Source of the DNA: an uncultured archaeon
GTDB lineage: Archaea > Asgardarchaeota > Lokiarchaeia > Sigyniarchaeales > SOKP01
Assembly: GCA_964525635.1 (NCBI GenBank)
Contig: CAZGJX010000024.1
Coordinates: 1-42,503, forward strand
Direction of reading: 5' to 3'
Length of the DNA: 42,503 nucleotides
Shown: positions 1 through 9,753 of the stretch, piece after piece
How positions within the stretch are numbered: the first letter of the stretch is position 1
How the letters are laid out: each line of letters begins with the position of its first letter
Notes under the pieces: model-generated
Told to the model about the DNA's origin: nothing
Database searches by the model: none
What the model saw: only the letters and a program-made list of their open reading frames with translations
Position numbers and translations under genes: made by a program

Positions 1-360
1 GGTCTATCAGTAGGAACTTATACCTATACCTGTACCGTTAATGATGGAGATGGACAAACTGATTCTGACTCTGTTACTGTGACAGTTACAGAAACACCTA
101 CTCAAGCACCAAGTATTAATTCACCTTCAAATGTAAATTATGAAGTAGGAGTTACTGGGAATTCAATAACTTGGACAGCTACAGATGATAATCCAACAAC
201 TTATACTATTACTCAAAATGGTATACAAGTTGATAGTGGATCATGGAGTTCTGGAAGTCCAATTAGCATAAATGTTGATGGTCTATCAGTAGGAACTTAT
301 ACCTATACCTGTACCGTTAATGATGGAGATGGACTTACTGATTCAGACTCTGTTACTGTA
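1..360 (+). repeat. Intragenic tandem repeat, period 279 bp (93 aa Ig-like unit)
   Basis: Bases 1-55 are identical to 280-334, and the match continues with few mismatches to about 80/359. Confidence 0.9.
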
Positions 361-996
361 ACTGTTGAAGAGTCCGGACCTACTCCAACAGGAGATCTTA
401 GAGTTCAATATAGAGTTGGAGATGCAAGTACAATAACAACTTCAGTTAGATTCAGCTTGATCATATACAATGATGGAAATTCAAATCTAGCATTAACCGA
501 TATTACAGTTAGATATTGGTTTACATCTGAACCAAGTATTAGTGAACTTCAATATTGGTGTGATTGGGCTGCTGTTGGAAGTGGTAGTATTACTGCTTCA
601 TTTGGTAGTGCTAATGGACAACATTACTTAGAGATTGGATTTACCTCTTCAGCTACCGTTCCATCCTGGTGTGGTGGAAATGGACAGAGCAATGTTCTTC
701 CAGCAGGTGCAAATACAGGTGAGATTCAAATCAGATTTAATCATCAAAGCTGGAGTCAACAATTCACTCAATCAAATGATTATTCATTTGATAGTTCAAT
801 GAGCTCATTTGGTGATCATCCTGAAGTAACAGCTTATTTACAAGAGTCATTAGCTTGGAGTACTGAACCTTCAGTATCTATTTCAGGATCAGCAATTCCA
901 GCAGGGTCTATTATTACAGGAAGCATTATAGGAGGAGTTAGCACAGTTGCTATAATAGGAGTCTTAGTAGGAATAATAAAAAAAAAAAGAAATTAA
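1..996 (+). CDS. C-terminal part of a membrane-anchored surface protein: tandem Ig-like repeats + CBM3 cellulose-binding module + TM helix/poly-Lys tail (5' end outside window)
   Basis: Frame 1 is open from base 1 (GLSVGTYTYTCTVNDGDG...). CBM3 hallmarks: LRVQY, ITVRYWFT, WCDWAAVG, HYLEIGFT, GEIQIRF, QSNDYSF, LAWSTEP. Ends in hydrophobic IIGGVSTVAIIGVLVGII followed by KKKRN. Confidence 0.85.
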   Translation, partial: GLSVGTYTYTCTVNDGDGQTDSDSVTVTVTETPTQAPSINSPSNVNYEVGVTGNSITWTATDDNPTTYTITQNGIQVDSGSWSSGSPISINVDGLSVGTYTYTCTVNDGDGLTDSDSVTVTVEESGPTPTGDLRVQYRVGDASTITTSVRFSLIIYNDGNSNLALTDITVRYWFTSEPSISELQYWCDWAAVGSGSITASFGSANGQHYLEIGFTSSATVPSWCGGNGQSNVLPAGANTGEIQIRFNHQSWSQQFTQSNDYSFDSSMSSFGDHPEVTAYLQESLAWSTEPSVSISGSAIPAGSIITGSIIGGVSTVAIIGVLVGIIKKKRN

Positions 997-1151
997 AATT
1001 CATCAAATAACATTTTTTTTATTTTATATCTATTTTTTTTCATATTATGTCTTTTTTTTTTCATAAAATATTAATAAATAATATAAGAAAGTTTAAACTT
1101 TTAACTTACTATATCTATATATTACTGAAAAGGTTATTTTTAGGAATAAAT

Positions 1152-2342
1152 ATGGATGAGGATAAGTTTAGAGCAGAGTTCAGTAAAAAATCAGTCTTTA
1201 GACAAGCTAGTTCCTTAGATTTAAGCTATGTTCCTGAGAAATTGTATTGTCGTGATAAAACTTTAACAGAGTTAATCCATAATTTTAAAAGAATTATTGA
1301 TGAAGATGAGCAACCCTCAATAAATATTTTGATGTATGGCAAAGGTGGAATAGGTAAAACAGTTACAGCACGCTTCTTTGGTAAAAATTTTAGAAAAATA
1401 GCATTAGAAAAAGATGTTCAGATTTTTATTGAGTATTTTAACTGTGTTAATTTTAGATCAAAAAGTAAAATAGTTAGAGAATTACTAGGTAAATATACTC
1501 ATGGATCTGGTCGAGGATTCTCAGATGATGAAGCATTAAAGTTAATCCTTTCACAATTAATTCGGGATAATGGATATATGCTTTTAATTATTGATGAAGT
1601 TCATCTATTAAATCCAAAAGAAGTATGGGCAATTTTAGATATTGCTGAAACATTTGGACATCAAAATGCAAAATTATCAATTCTCCTAATTTCGAGAACA
1701 AAAGATTGGATGAGAATTGAAACAGAACGTATACTAAGCAGAATAAATTCTAAAATAAAGTTAATTCCATATAATTTTGATGAAGCTAAGCAAATTTTGC
1801 AATATAGAAGTGATATTGCTTTTAAAGATGGATCTATCAACGAAGATATTATTGACCTGATAAGTCAAATTGTTGTAGAACATGAAAATATGAGACATGG
1901 TATTGAGATTCTTAGGAAATGCGGATTATATTGTGATAAGGAAGGGTATATTTCAATTTCAGCAGATATGGTACGTGAAGCATCAAATGAGGTTTATCCA
2001 AGATTCCGTGGAGATATTGTTGATAAATTAAATGATCAGGAATTATTGGCATTATATGGGGTTGCTCAATCATTAAAAAATCAAGAAACTCCATATACAA
2101 TCGTTGATGATGCATATGTTGAATATCAAGCAATTTGTGAAGCATATACTATCGAATCACATGTTAAAATGAGTTACAGAAAATATATAAGGCAATTAAA
2201 TCAATTGAAAATAATTGCTTCAAAAACAGTAAGAATTGATGAAGATAAAAGAGGAAGACATCTCGAAATAACTTTATTAGATATTCCTGCAATTACTTTA
2301 TTAGAAATGTTAGATAAAATCTTTAACAAGAAATTTGGATAA
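1152..2342 (+). CDS. cdc6: Cdc6/Orc1 family AAA+ replication initiator
   Basis: LDLSYVPEKLYCRD N-terminal motif, Walker A GKGGIGKT, Walker B LLIIDEVH, C-terminal winged helix. Start moved to ATG 1152 (MDEDKFR) because the upstream extension is low-complexity AT-rich sequence. Confidence 0.9.
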   Translation: MDEDKFRAEFSKKSVFRQASSLDLSYVPEKLYCRDKTLTELIHNFKRIIDEDEQPSINILMYGKGGIGKTVTARFFGKNFRKIALEKDVQIFIEYFNCVNFRSKSKIVRELLGKYTHGSGRGFSDDEALKLILSQLIRDNGYMLLIIDEVHLLNPKEVWAILDIAETFGHQNAKLSILLISRTKDWMRIETERILSRINSKIKLIPYNFDEAKQILQYRSDIAFKDGSINEDIIDLISQIVVEHENMRHGIEILRKCGLYCDKEGYISISADMVREASNEVYPRFRGDIVDKLNDQELLALYGVAQSLKNQETPYTIVDDAYVEYQAICEAYTIESHVKMSYRKYIRQLNQLKIIASKTVRIDEDKRGRHLEITLLDIPAITLLEMLDKIFNKKFG

Positions 2343-2410
2343 ATTTATTCTTAAAAATGATTATATATAATTCTTTTTTTAATATTTAAAACTAATTCCT
2401 TTTTTATTAT

Positions 2411-2644
2411 CTAATATCTATCCTTGTCATTCTTTGATTTTGCGTACCATTCAAGCCAATCTTTTTTTCTCTTTTTTTTAACTTCTGATTCATCGAGATC
2501 TGTAAGATTTTGATTTCTAATTTTTTGCCAATATTTGTCTAATTCAAAACGAGTTAGTGATAGACCACATGAATTACATACCATACTTTTCATTGCTGGA
2601 TTATAAGTCATTTTACCAGCACATTCAGGACATCGTGATGCCAT
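2411..2644 (-). CDS. Small zinc-ribbon protein
   Basis: CPEC-x14-CNSC followed by a charged helix ending DWLEWY. Confidence 0.75.
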   Translation of the reverse strand: MASRCPECAGKMTYNPAMKSMVCNSCGLSLTRFELDKYWQKIRNQNLTDLDESEVKKKRKKDWLEWYAKSKNDKDRY

Positions 2645-2884
2645 ATTAAAAATTATCTTTTTAAATAATTAGTATTAATTAAAATTAAAATAATTTTTGA
2701 ATTAATCTGAATTTTAATTGCTATTAATTATTTTCAAAAATTTTATTAGATTAGTTAAATCCTAGACATTTCTTTTGTAATTATAGACATAATTATTGTC
2801 TAAATGATTTATAAATAAGCAAATCTATTTTTGTTAGTAATTAAGAATTAGTAGAATAAAGCATCTATTTAAGATTTAGAATGG

Positions 2885-4231
2885 GTGATTAAAAATATCA
2901 AAAATAAAAAAAATCCTATTTTATTGAGTTTCTTTTTTATAATCATCTTAATAGCTAGTATATTATTTATAACTACTTTTAATATCTATAATAATTCAAT
3001 AGATACACATATCACCGATAGTATTCAATTGACTAGCAATGTTGGAAATTTTGAAAGATCATATATTGCATATTCTAATGATAATGAAGTATACGTATCT
3101 TGGGAAGCTTGTACTTTAAATGATAATTATGGGAATACAGATGAGATCTATCTCCAGAAATTTTATAATAATGGTAGTATAAATGGAGATAAGATATTAT
3201 TAGTGAATAGGACTGACCTTACAGAAGAAGTTGTCGCATTATCTGAGTCAACTATTATCATAGATTCCAATGGCAATTTACACTTGTTTTGGTATGTTAT
3301 GGAATATGATAATCCTCAAATTGGTCATATATATTATAAAAAATATAATTCAGAATTAGAGGAAATTATTGGAAATAAAATAATTATATCTTATACACAA
3401 TTAGGATGGGGAACATCATCTTCAAGCAGTAAAATAAATAAATTGATTTTAGATGATAATAATAACTTTCATTTAATTTGTTGTGGTTATAAATATCTCT
3501 ATCTTGACGATAATGGAGATTTACTAGATTCATTTATTTTTGAAGAAAATCGTTTTTATAAAATGGTTAGAGATAATATTGGAAATACTTTTATCCTATT
3601 TATTAATCAATATAAGATTAATATAACAAAACTTATAAGTATAAATGGTATAATAGATCTTAAATTCAATAAGAACCTTATAGATGACGATGAGATTCAC
3701 ATAAGCTTAGTAGACCTTTCTTTAGTTAATTATAATTTATATTTTGAAATTAATAGAAAATGCTATCAAGTAGATTATAATAATGGAAATCTTTTATCAG
3801 AAGTAAATATAAGTTTTAATGAAGAAGGATATAATTTTTTATCTCAAAATAAAACTCTTAATTATAATATTAATATTAATCAATTTTCTAGTTATGGTAA
3901 CGATGCTATTTTTTTTTATAATTTAACTTCAACATTTCAAGGACAAGAATATATAAAATACAGAAAAATATTAACTATCAAAAAAAATAAAGATTTTTAT
4001 TATGGACCTGCTTGTTTTGGTCTAAGAGGACTAGTAGATAATTTTGAGAATTTATGGCTTACATGGTATGTCAATGATGGAAACAATGGATTTCAAGTAT
4101 TATTATGGAAACTTGGTATATATGGAATTTCCCAAACTCCTGTAATTGTTGTTGCTCCAGATATTCATCATTATTATGTTAATAATAGTTATGAACCGCC
4201 AAATATCCCAAATCCACCATATTACTGTTAA
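2885..4231 (+). CDS. Secreted/membrane beta-rich hypothetical protein; probably continues past TAA 4229-4231 into a TM anchor
   Basis: Basic N-terminus plus hydrophobic signal/TM segment, beta-propeller-like repeats (IIIDSNGNLHLFW, LILDDNNNFHLI), Pro-rich linker at the end. Confidence 0.7.
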   Translation: MIKNIKNKKNPILLSFFFIIILIASILFITTFNIYNNSIDTHITDSIQLTSNVGNFERSYIAYSNDNEVYVSWEACTLNDNYGNTDEIYLQKFYNNGSINGDKILLVNRTDLTEEVVALSESTIIIDSNGNLHLFWYVMEYDNPQIGHIYYKKYNSELEEIIGNKIIISYTQLGWGTSSSSSKINKLILDDNNNFHLICCGYKYLYLDDNGDLLDSFIFEENRFYKMVRDNIGNTFILFINQYKINITKLISINGIIDLKFNKNLIDDDEIHISLVDLSLVNYNLYFEINRKCYQVDYNNGNLLSEVNISFNEEGYNFLSQNKTLNYNININQFSSYGNDAIFFYNLTSTFQGQEYIKYRKILTIKKNKDFYYGPACFGLRGLVDNFENLWLTWYVNDGNNGFQVLLWKLGIYGISQTPVIVVAPDIHHYYVNNSYEPPNIPNPPYYC

Positions 4232-4429
4232 TCCTCAAAAAATGTTCCTATGATAAATATGTATATGTTCATTTTAATCTCTATATTATCTCTAATACTT
4301 GTAGTAAAGAATTATTTAAGAAGTATAAATATTAAAGATTAGATTTATTCCATAAATCTACCTTTTTTTTTTCTCTCTCTATTTATAATCTTTAAATTCT
4401 TTTATTTTTTTAAAAAAATATTTTATTAA

Positions 4430-5758
4430 TTAAGCAGATATATTTAGATTTGAGAAGAGTATATATGGAAAATATGAATTTTCAGAAAAATGACATTTTT
4501 TAGATATGCATTCACAGTTATTAAGCATTTGTAGTACATTACCACTAATATTTCCTCCCTTTATTGGATATTTAAGCTCTCCATCCTTAATATAATATCC
4601 ATTTCTAATCTCAGCTCCAAATGAACCTGAAAGTTTGTCTGGATTAAGCCAAGAACATTTTTCAATAAAATAACCCTCTTTAATATTTGAGATCATATCA
4701 TCTAATGTCATTGTTCCTGGTTTTATCTCTAAATTAGATATTGAATTTACTATAGAACCTTCTGAAGACCTCATCCCATTACCAGTAGATATTGTATTTT
4801 CAAGAGTAGCATATTTTTGATCAAAAATCCTCTTTTTAAAAATCCCATTATTAATTAATTCGGTTTTCTGATGTGGATTTCCTTCACCATCCCAATTATT
4901 TGATTTTAATCCCCCCTCAAGCAAACCATTATCATTTATATTGATTGATTCATCAGCAACTTTTTGTTCTAATTCAAATTTTGAAATTTTATCATGATAA
5001 GCTTGCCCTGAGACATGAAAACTTAAAACAGGATTTAATGCATCCTTTAATAAACTTGGTGAAAATAGTACGATTGCTTCTTTTTTAGGTATAGGAAGTT
5101 TTGCTTTTAATGTATCATTAGTGTTCTTAGACCATTTGCGTATCTTTTTCTCTAAATGTAAGTTTGAAGAATTTTTTATATATTCTACATCCCAATATTC
5201 AGCTAATTTATCATTTTTTTTTGCTTTTAAAGCAAATTCAAAAAAGAAAAATGTTTTATCCGCTTTTAAATTTAATTTATTAGAATTTTTTAAATAGATT
5301 TCCTGAATATGAACTCTAAATCTTCCAAACGTAGGAATTATTTTTTCTAAACTATTGATATCAGATAGTATAATCTTACAGTATTTTTCTTTAATATTTA
5401 AAGGATTCTTCAATACATCAATTTCTGCAGTATTTACCTGATTATATGATTGCTTTTCGGGAAACTTATATTTTGAGGATATATTTAATTTTGAAAGACT
5501 TTGACATTTGTCTATATTCATATCGATTTGTCTATTATTTAAAGAATTTCCATTGATTATACCAATACCAGTTCCATCTTCTTTTTGATTTAGTATACGA
5601 ATAAAATAATTTATTTTTCTTACTTCTCTCTCTGAATCTATTTTTGCTTGTATAAATTGAGTCTCATATATTTTAGATTTAATATAATAGATTTCATATT
5701 CACCTATTTCTTTATTTTTTATTCTCTTTTCTAACAAATCTAAATTATTATCTACCAT
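4430..5758 (-). CDS. pmbA: PmbA/TldE family protein
   Basis: WDGEGNPHQK, LINNGIFK, STGNG, SNLEIKPG and GSFGAEIRNGY motifs; lacks HExxxH; adjacent to tldD. Confidence 0.85.
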   Translation of the reverse strand: MVDNNLDLLEKRIKNKEIGEYEIYYIKSKIYETQFIQAKIDSEREVRKINYFIRILNQKEDGTGIGIINGNSLNNRQIDMNIDKCQSLSKLNISSKYKFPEKQSYNQVNTAEIDVLKNPLNIKEKYCKIILSDINSLEKIIPTFGRFRVHIQEIYLKNSNKLNLKADKTFFFFEFALKAKKNDKLAEYWDVEYIKNSSNLHLEKKIRKWSKNTNDTLKAKLPIPKKEAIVLFSPSLLKDALNPVLSFHVSGQAYHDKISKFELEQKVADESININDNGLLEGGLKSNNWDGEGNPHQKTELINNGIFKKRIFDQKYATLENTISTGNGMRSSEGSIVNSISNLEIKPGTMTLDDMISNIKEGYFIEKCSWLNPDKLSGSFGAEIRNGYYIKDGELKYPIKGGNISGNVLQMLNNCECISKKCHFSENSYFPYILFSNLNISA

Positions 5759-5780
5759 ATTAATCCTTTTTTTATTTAAA

Positions 5781-7157
5781 CTATCCTGGGCTAATTAAAG
5801 CTTCTTTTACTCTTATATAACTGCCTCCACTAGTAACTGGCACAAAGTCCTCGTATCCTTTTCCACAACTTCCTGGTCTAAGTTTTAGCTTATCCTTACT
5901 AATAGCATCAATAGATTTAAGTAATTCTAAAACGGAACCACTAAGTGTAATAGATTTTAAAAGCTTTGTTTTTTCACCGTTTTCTATTAAAAAACCTTTT
6001 TTTGAGGTTACTTGCAGACCTCCTCCAAGTGGGTCTTCCATACCAAAGTAACCTTTGCATAATAGGATTCCATTCTTAATCTCAGAAAGCATCTCTTCTA
6101 AAGAATAATCTCCAGGCTCAAAATATGTGTTGCTCATTCTAACATGTAAAGGATGGGCATAACTCTCTCTTCGTCCATTTCCTTTTGGTTCAGCATCTAA
6201 TACAGACGCTGTCATTCGATTATGAATAAAATTAAGTAGTATTCCATTCTCTACCAAAACGTTTTTATCTGTTCTTATTCCTTCATCATCAAAAAAAGAG
6301 GAACCCAATTCATTGGTAATATAAGGAGTATCATATATATTACAGAGATCTGATGCTACTTTTTTATTTATGAGATTTTTTAAATAACTTCTTTCTCTTA
6401 ATACTTGATCTGCTTCTAGTCCATGACCAAATGATTCATGGGCAATTAAACCTGTCATATCAGGATCCAAAATAATAGGAAATTTTCCAGAAGGAGTAGA
6501 TTCAGCATCAAGCATATTTAAAGAGTTGTTAGCAATTTCTTCCAATTTATTCTCTATATTGCTAAGAATTTCAAAACCCACCTCTCCACCAATAGAAAAA
6601 TAATCAAAATCTATTCTATTACCCTCTTTTACAATTGGTTGAATAAATACTCTAGTACGAGGAATTATTTGTCTTAATTTACAACCTTCATTATTGACAA
6701 AAATACGAGATGTTAAATATTCAGAATATCCTACAATGGGATTTATAATTTTTTTGTCATATTTTTTTAAAAAATCATATATATTTCGAATCCTTTGCAT
6801 TTTTTCTTCAATTGGGATTTGTTGAGGATTAATGTCTGGTTTTATTTCTTTGTTTAACTCCCAACCATCATATTTTTTTAAAGTTGAGTCCTGATTTGAA
6901 TTTATAGGGATTCTGAGTCTTAACTCATTTAATTTTGATAAGTCATTTGTTGCATATTCTCTCCATTTGCCAATATATGACCTTCCTACGATGCCTGATT
7001 GTTCATTAGTTAATATTATTTCCTCAGATCGAGTCTTTTTTATCCATAATGAAGATGAAGAATCATATAAAATATCAAAATATTGATTTTCCCTTTTATA
7101 ACTATTCGATATTTCTTCAAAAATTAACGATATTTCTTCATCAGAATAGGCTTTCAT
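5781..7157 (-). CDS. tldD: TldD family metalloprotease
   Basis: HESFGHGLEAD (HExxxH), FDDEG, GNGRRES, RMSNTY and CGKG motifs. Confidence 0.9.
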   Translation of the reverse strand: MKAYSDEEISLIFEEISNSYKRENQYFDILYDSSSSLWIKKTRSEEIILTNEQSGIVGRSYIGKWREYATNDLSKLNELRLRIPINSNQDSTLKKYDGWELNKEIKPDINPQQIPIEEKMQRIRNIYDFLKKYDKKIINPIVGYSEYLTSRIFVNNEGCKLRQIIPRTRVFIQPIVKEGNRIDFDYFSIGGEVGFEILSNIENKLEEIANNSLNMLDAESTPSGKFPIILDPDMTGLIAHESFGHGLEADQVLRERSYLKNLINKKVASDLCNIYDTPYITNELGSSFFDDEGIRTDKNVLVENGILLNFIHNRMTASVLDAEPKGNGRRESYAHPLHVRMSNTYFEPGDYSLEEMLSEIKNGILLCKGYFGMEDPLGGGLQVTSKKGFLIENGEKTKLLKSITLSGSVLELLKSIDAISKDKLKLRPGSCGKGYEDFVPVTSGGSYIRVKEALISPG

Positions 7158-7243
7158 TTTTCCACAAAATCTTTATTCATTAAAACAAAATAATTATTAT
7201 TCTAAAATATTCAGTTAAAAACTTTATTGCTTTTTATTAATAT

Positions 7244-8143
7244 TTATTTTTGATCTACAGATAGTATATCTGCAATATTTGAAATTCTTTTTTCTAATAT
7301 TGTAATCGTTTCGATTATATTATCTATTTTAATATTAATATTTTTTATTTGAGTTTCTAATGTACCAATCCTATTTAATGTCCAATAAATTACATCAGAT
7401 TTTTCACTAGGTTTAATTAACCAATTAATTATATTGGTAAGAAACTTTTTATTATCCATTTGCTTAATTCCAATATTAACATCATTTGTTAATATGTCTA
7501 TATCTCCTAATGCAACAACTTTTCCTCTACCAAATTTTGAACAAGCTGATAGTAAAAATTGAGATTTCTTTTCTTCTTTATACCATTCTTTTGTTGAATC
7601 ATCATATTTTTCAACCCAAGCAGAAGTATCTAATTCTAATAGTGGTGTTGCCCCTTTTTTTAATAATAATGAACAAGACCCCCCAATAATAATCTCTCTT
7701 AATTGGTTGGTAATTTCATGATTAGGAAACGTATTTATTGATATAATACTAGAACAATTCTCATTACTTTGATTTTTCTTCTTAATGATATTATCCTCAA
7801 AAAGAATATTAAAAAAATTCCCAGAAATATCATTCAAATTAGATTTTTGAAGAAAATCTGCCCCATATTCACTAATTAATAGAATTGATCCTCCAGTTCT
7901 GACATAGTTAATGATATTCTCTATTTCATTATTAGAAAAAAACTCATTAATGGGATTTCCAATAACTAAAATATTAATTTTCTCCAATAAGTCTTTATTA
8001 ATCTCCGATTTTTCATTTAATATTATTTTAAAACTGAGGTTTTCTAATAAATTAGAAAATTCTGAAAATTCATTCTCAGAAAGATTTAGCATTTCATTAT
8101 GAGATAAATCAAAAAGTATTGTAGATTTATTAGAAAATGGCAT
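7244..8143 (-). CDS. GIFT-domain (GldG/IFT52-like) protein with C-terminal coiled coil
   Basis: TILFDLSHNE, ILVIGNP, EIENIINYVRTGGSILLISE, NLNDI and GRGKVVALGD motifs; heptad pattern in the last ~45 aa; no signal peptide. Confidence 0.7.
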   Translation of the reverse strand: MPFSNKSTILFDLSHNEMLNLSENEFSEFSNLLENLSFKIILNEKSEINKDLLEKINILVIGNPINEFFSNNEIENIINYVRTGGSILLISEYGADFLQKSNLNDISGNFFNILFEDNIIKKKNQSNENCSSIISINTFPNHEITNQLREIIIGGSCSLLLKKGATPLLELDTSAWVEKYDDSTKEWYKEEKKSQFLLSACSKFGRGKVVALGDIDILTNDVNIGIKQMDNKKFLTNIINWLIKPSEKSDVIYWTLNRIGTLETQIKNINIKIDNIIETITILEKRISNIADILSVDQK

Positions 8144-8451
8144 TATTAAAATTAAATTGTATAAACTTTATCTCTTTAAAGAAAAAACACATATAAAAAT
8201 GATTTCATATAACTAATCATTTAAGAAATTTGTTTTTTAAAAAAAATGAATTTAATTGAATTAAGGTGTTAATGTAAAAACTTTTTATTTAAATGTTTTA
8301 AATAAAAGAATTTAGATTGAGATCTTAATTCTTATTAGTCTATATTTCAAGGAAATTCCAATATAAATATTCTAATAACAAGATTTTTAAAATTTATTTA
8401 ATATTCCACTTTGGATTTATATTAATATTAAAAAGAAAAAAAATAGATATT

Positions 8452-9753
8452 ATGATTGAAAATACAATTGCTGTTATTGGCTTATCTTGGGGTGATGAAG
8501 GGAAAGGTAAAATAACAGATTTTCTAGCACAAAAAGCAGATATAGTTGTTAGATATCAGGGTGGAAATAATGCCGGTCATACTGTAGTTTGTAATGGCAT
8601 AAAGTACAAATTTAGATTAATCCCATCAGGAGCTCCTTTAGAAAAAGATATCATTATAGCAAATGGTTGTGTAGTTGACCCAAAAGTTTTACTTCAAGAA
8701 TTAGAGGATCTTTCAAAATTAAATAAAAAAGTTAATCTTAAGTTGAGTTCAACCGCTCATGTTATTTTTCCATTCCATAGAGATCTTGATGCTTTAGAAG
8801 AAGGGTCCAAGAAAGAATATGCTGCAGGTACAACAAAAAGCGGTATTGGTCCAACATATTCAGATAAAGCAGCTCGATGGGGATTAAGAATATATGATTT
8901 AATACATCCAGAGATTTTAAAACAGAAATTAGAAAAATTATATAGAATAAAAAGACAACTTTTAAATGTTTATAACCCTAATTTAAGTTCTGATTATGAA
9001 AAGATTTATGAAGAATATGTAGAATATGGAAAAAAATTAAAACCTTATATTATTGATACCGCCTATTATCTAAATAAAGAAATTGAAAATGGAAAAAAAA
9101 TAATTTTTGAGGGAGCACAAGGGGTTCTATTAGGTATTGATCATGGAATGTATCCTTTCGGTACTTCATCAAATTCAAATGCTCTAGGAATTTCAGCAGG
9201 AACAGGTATCCCCCCAAAAAAAATAGGGCCTATAATAGGAATTATAAAAGCATATACTTCAAGAGTAGGAGGAGGACCATTAACTACTGAATTAGATGAT
9301 GAAATTGGTTCTAAAATTAGGACTCAAGGCAAAGAATTTGGGACCGTCACAGGTAGACCAAGAAGAATAGGGTGGTTAGATCTATTTAACTTAAAATATT
9401 CAATTATGATAAATGGAGTTGATAGCATTGTTATTACTTTATTGGATGCTCTTGAAGATGTTGATCCATTAAAAATATGTGTAGGTTATGAACTTGATGG
9501 AAAATTATTAGAAAGTTGGCCAATTCAGTCAGAAATTTTAGAAAAATGTAAACCTATATATAAAAGTTATAAGGGTTGGAAAAAAAGAACTAGAGAAGAA
9601 TGGTCAAAAATAGCAAAAGAGGGATATAATGCTCTCCCTGAGGAAATGAAAAAATATCTTGATGCTCTTAAAAATGAACTAAATATTGAAATTGCTATGA
9701 TTTCAATTGGCCCTAATAGAGAGGATACTATTGTTTTAAAAGAATACTTTTAA
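8452..9753 (+). CDS. purA: Adenylosuccinate synthetase
   Basis: WGDEGKGK, QGGNNAGHT, GIGPTYSDK, FEGAQG, KAYTSRVGGGP and GTVTGRPRRIGWLD motifs. Confidence 0.97.
   Translation: MIENTIAVIGLSWGDEGKGKITDFLAQKADIVVRYQGGNNAGHTVVCNGIKYKFRLIPSGAPLEKDIIIANGCVVDPKVLLQELEDLSKLNKKVNLKLSSTAHVIFPFHRDLDALEEGSKKEYAAGTTKSGIGPTYSDKAARWGLRIYDLIHPEILKQKLEKLYRIKRQLLNVYNPNLSSDYEKIYEEYVEYGKKLKPYIIDTAYYLNKEIENGKKIIFEGAQGVLLGIDHGMYPFGTSSNSNALGISAGTGIPPKKIGPIIGIIKAYTSRVGGGPLTTELDDEIGSKIRTQGKEFGTVTGRPRRIGWLDLFNLKYSIMINGVDSIVITLLDALEDVDPLKICVGYELDGKLLESWPIQSEILEKCKPIYKSYKGWKKRTREEWSKIAKEGYNALPEEMKKYLDALKNELNIEIAMISIGPNREDTIVLKEYF

Noticed and set aside
1047-1151. N-terminal extension of cdc6 in the ORF track
   Set aside because: Low-complexity AT-rich translation covering the likely terminator and promoter; family similarity starts after ATG 1152.
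997-2884. Replication origin next to cdc6
   Set aside because: The flanks are AT-rich, but I could not find ORB-like repeats (TTCCA..GGAAA with a G-string), and the intergenic regions are short.
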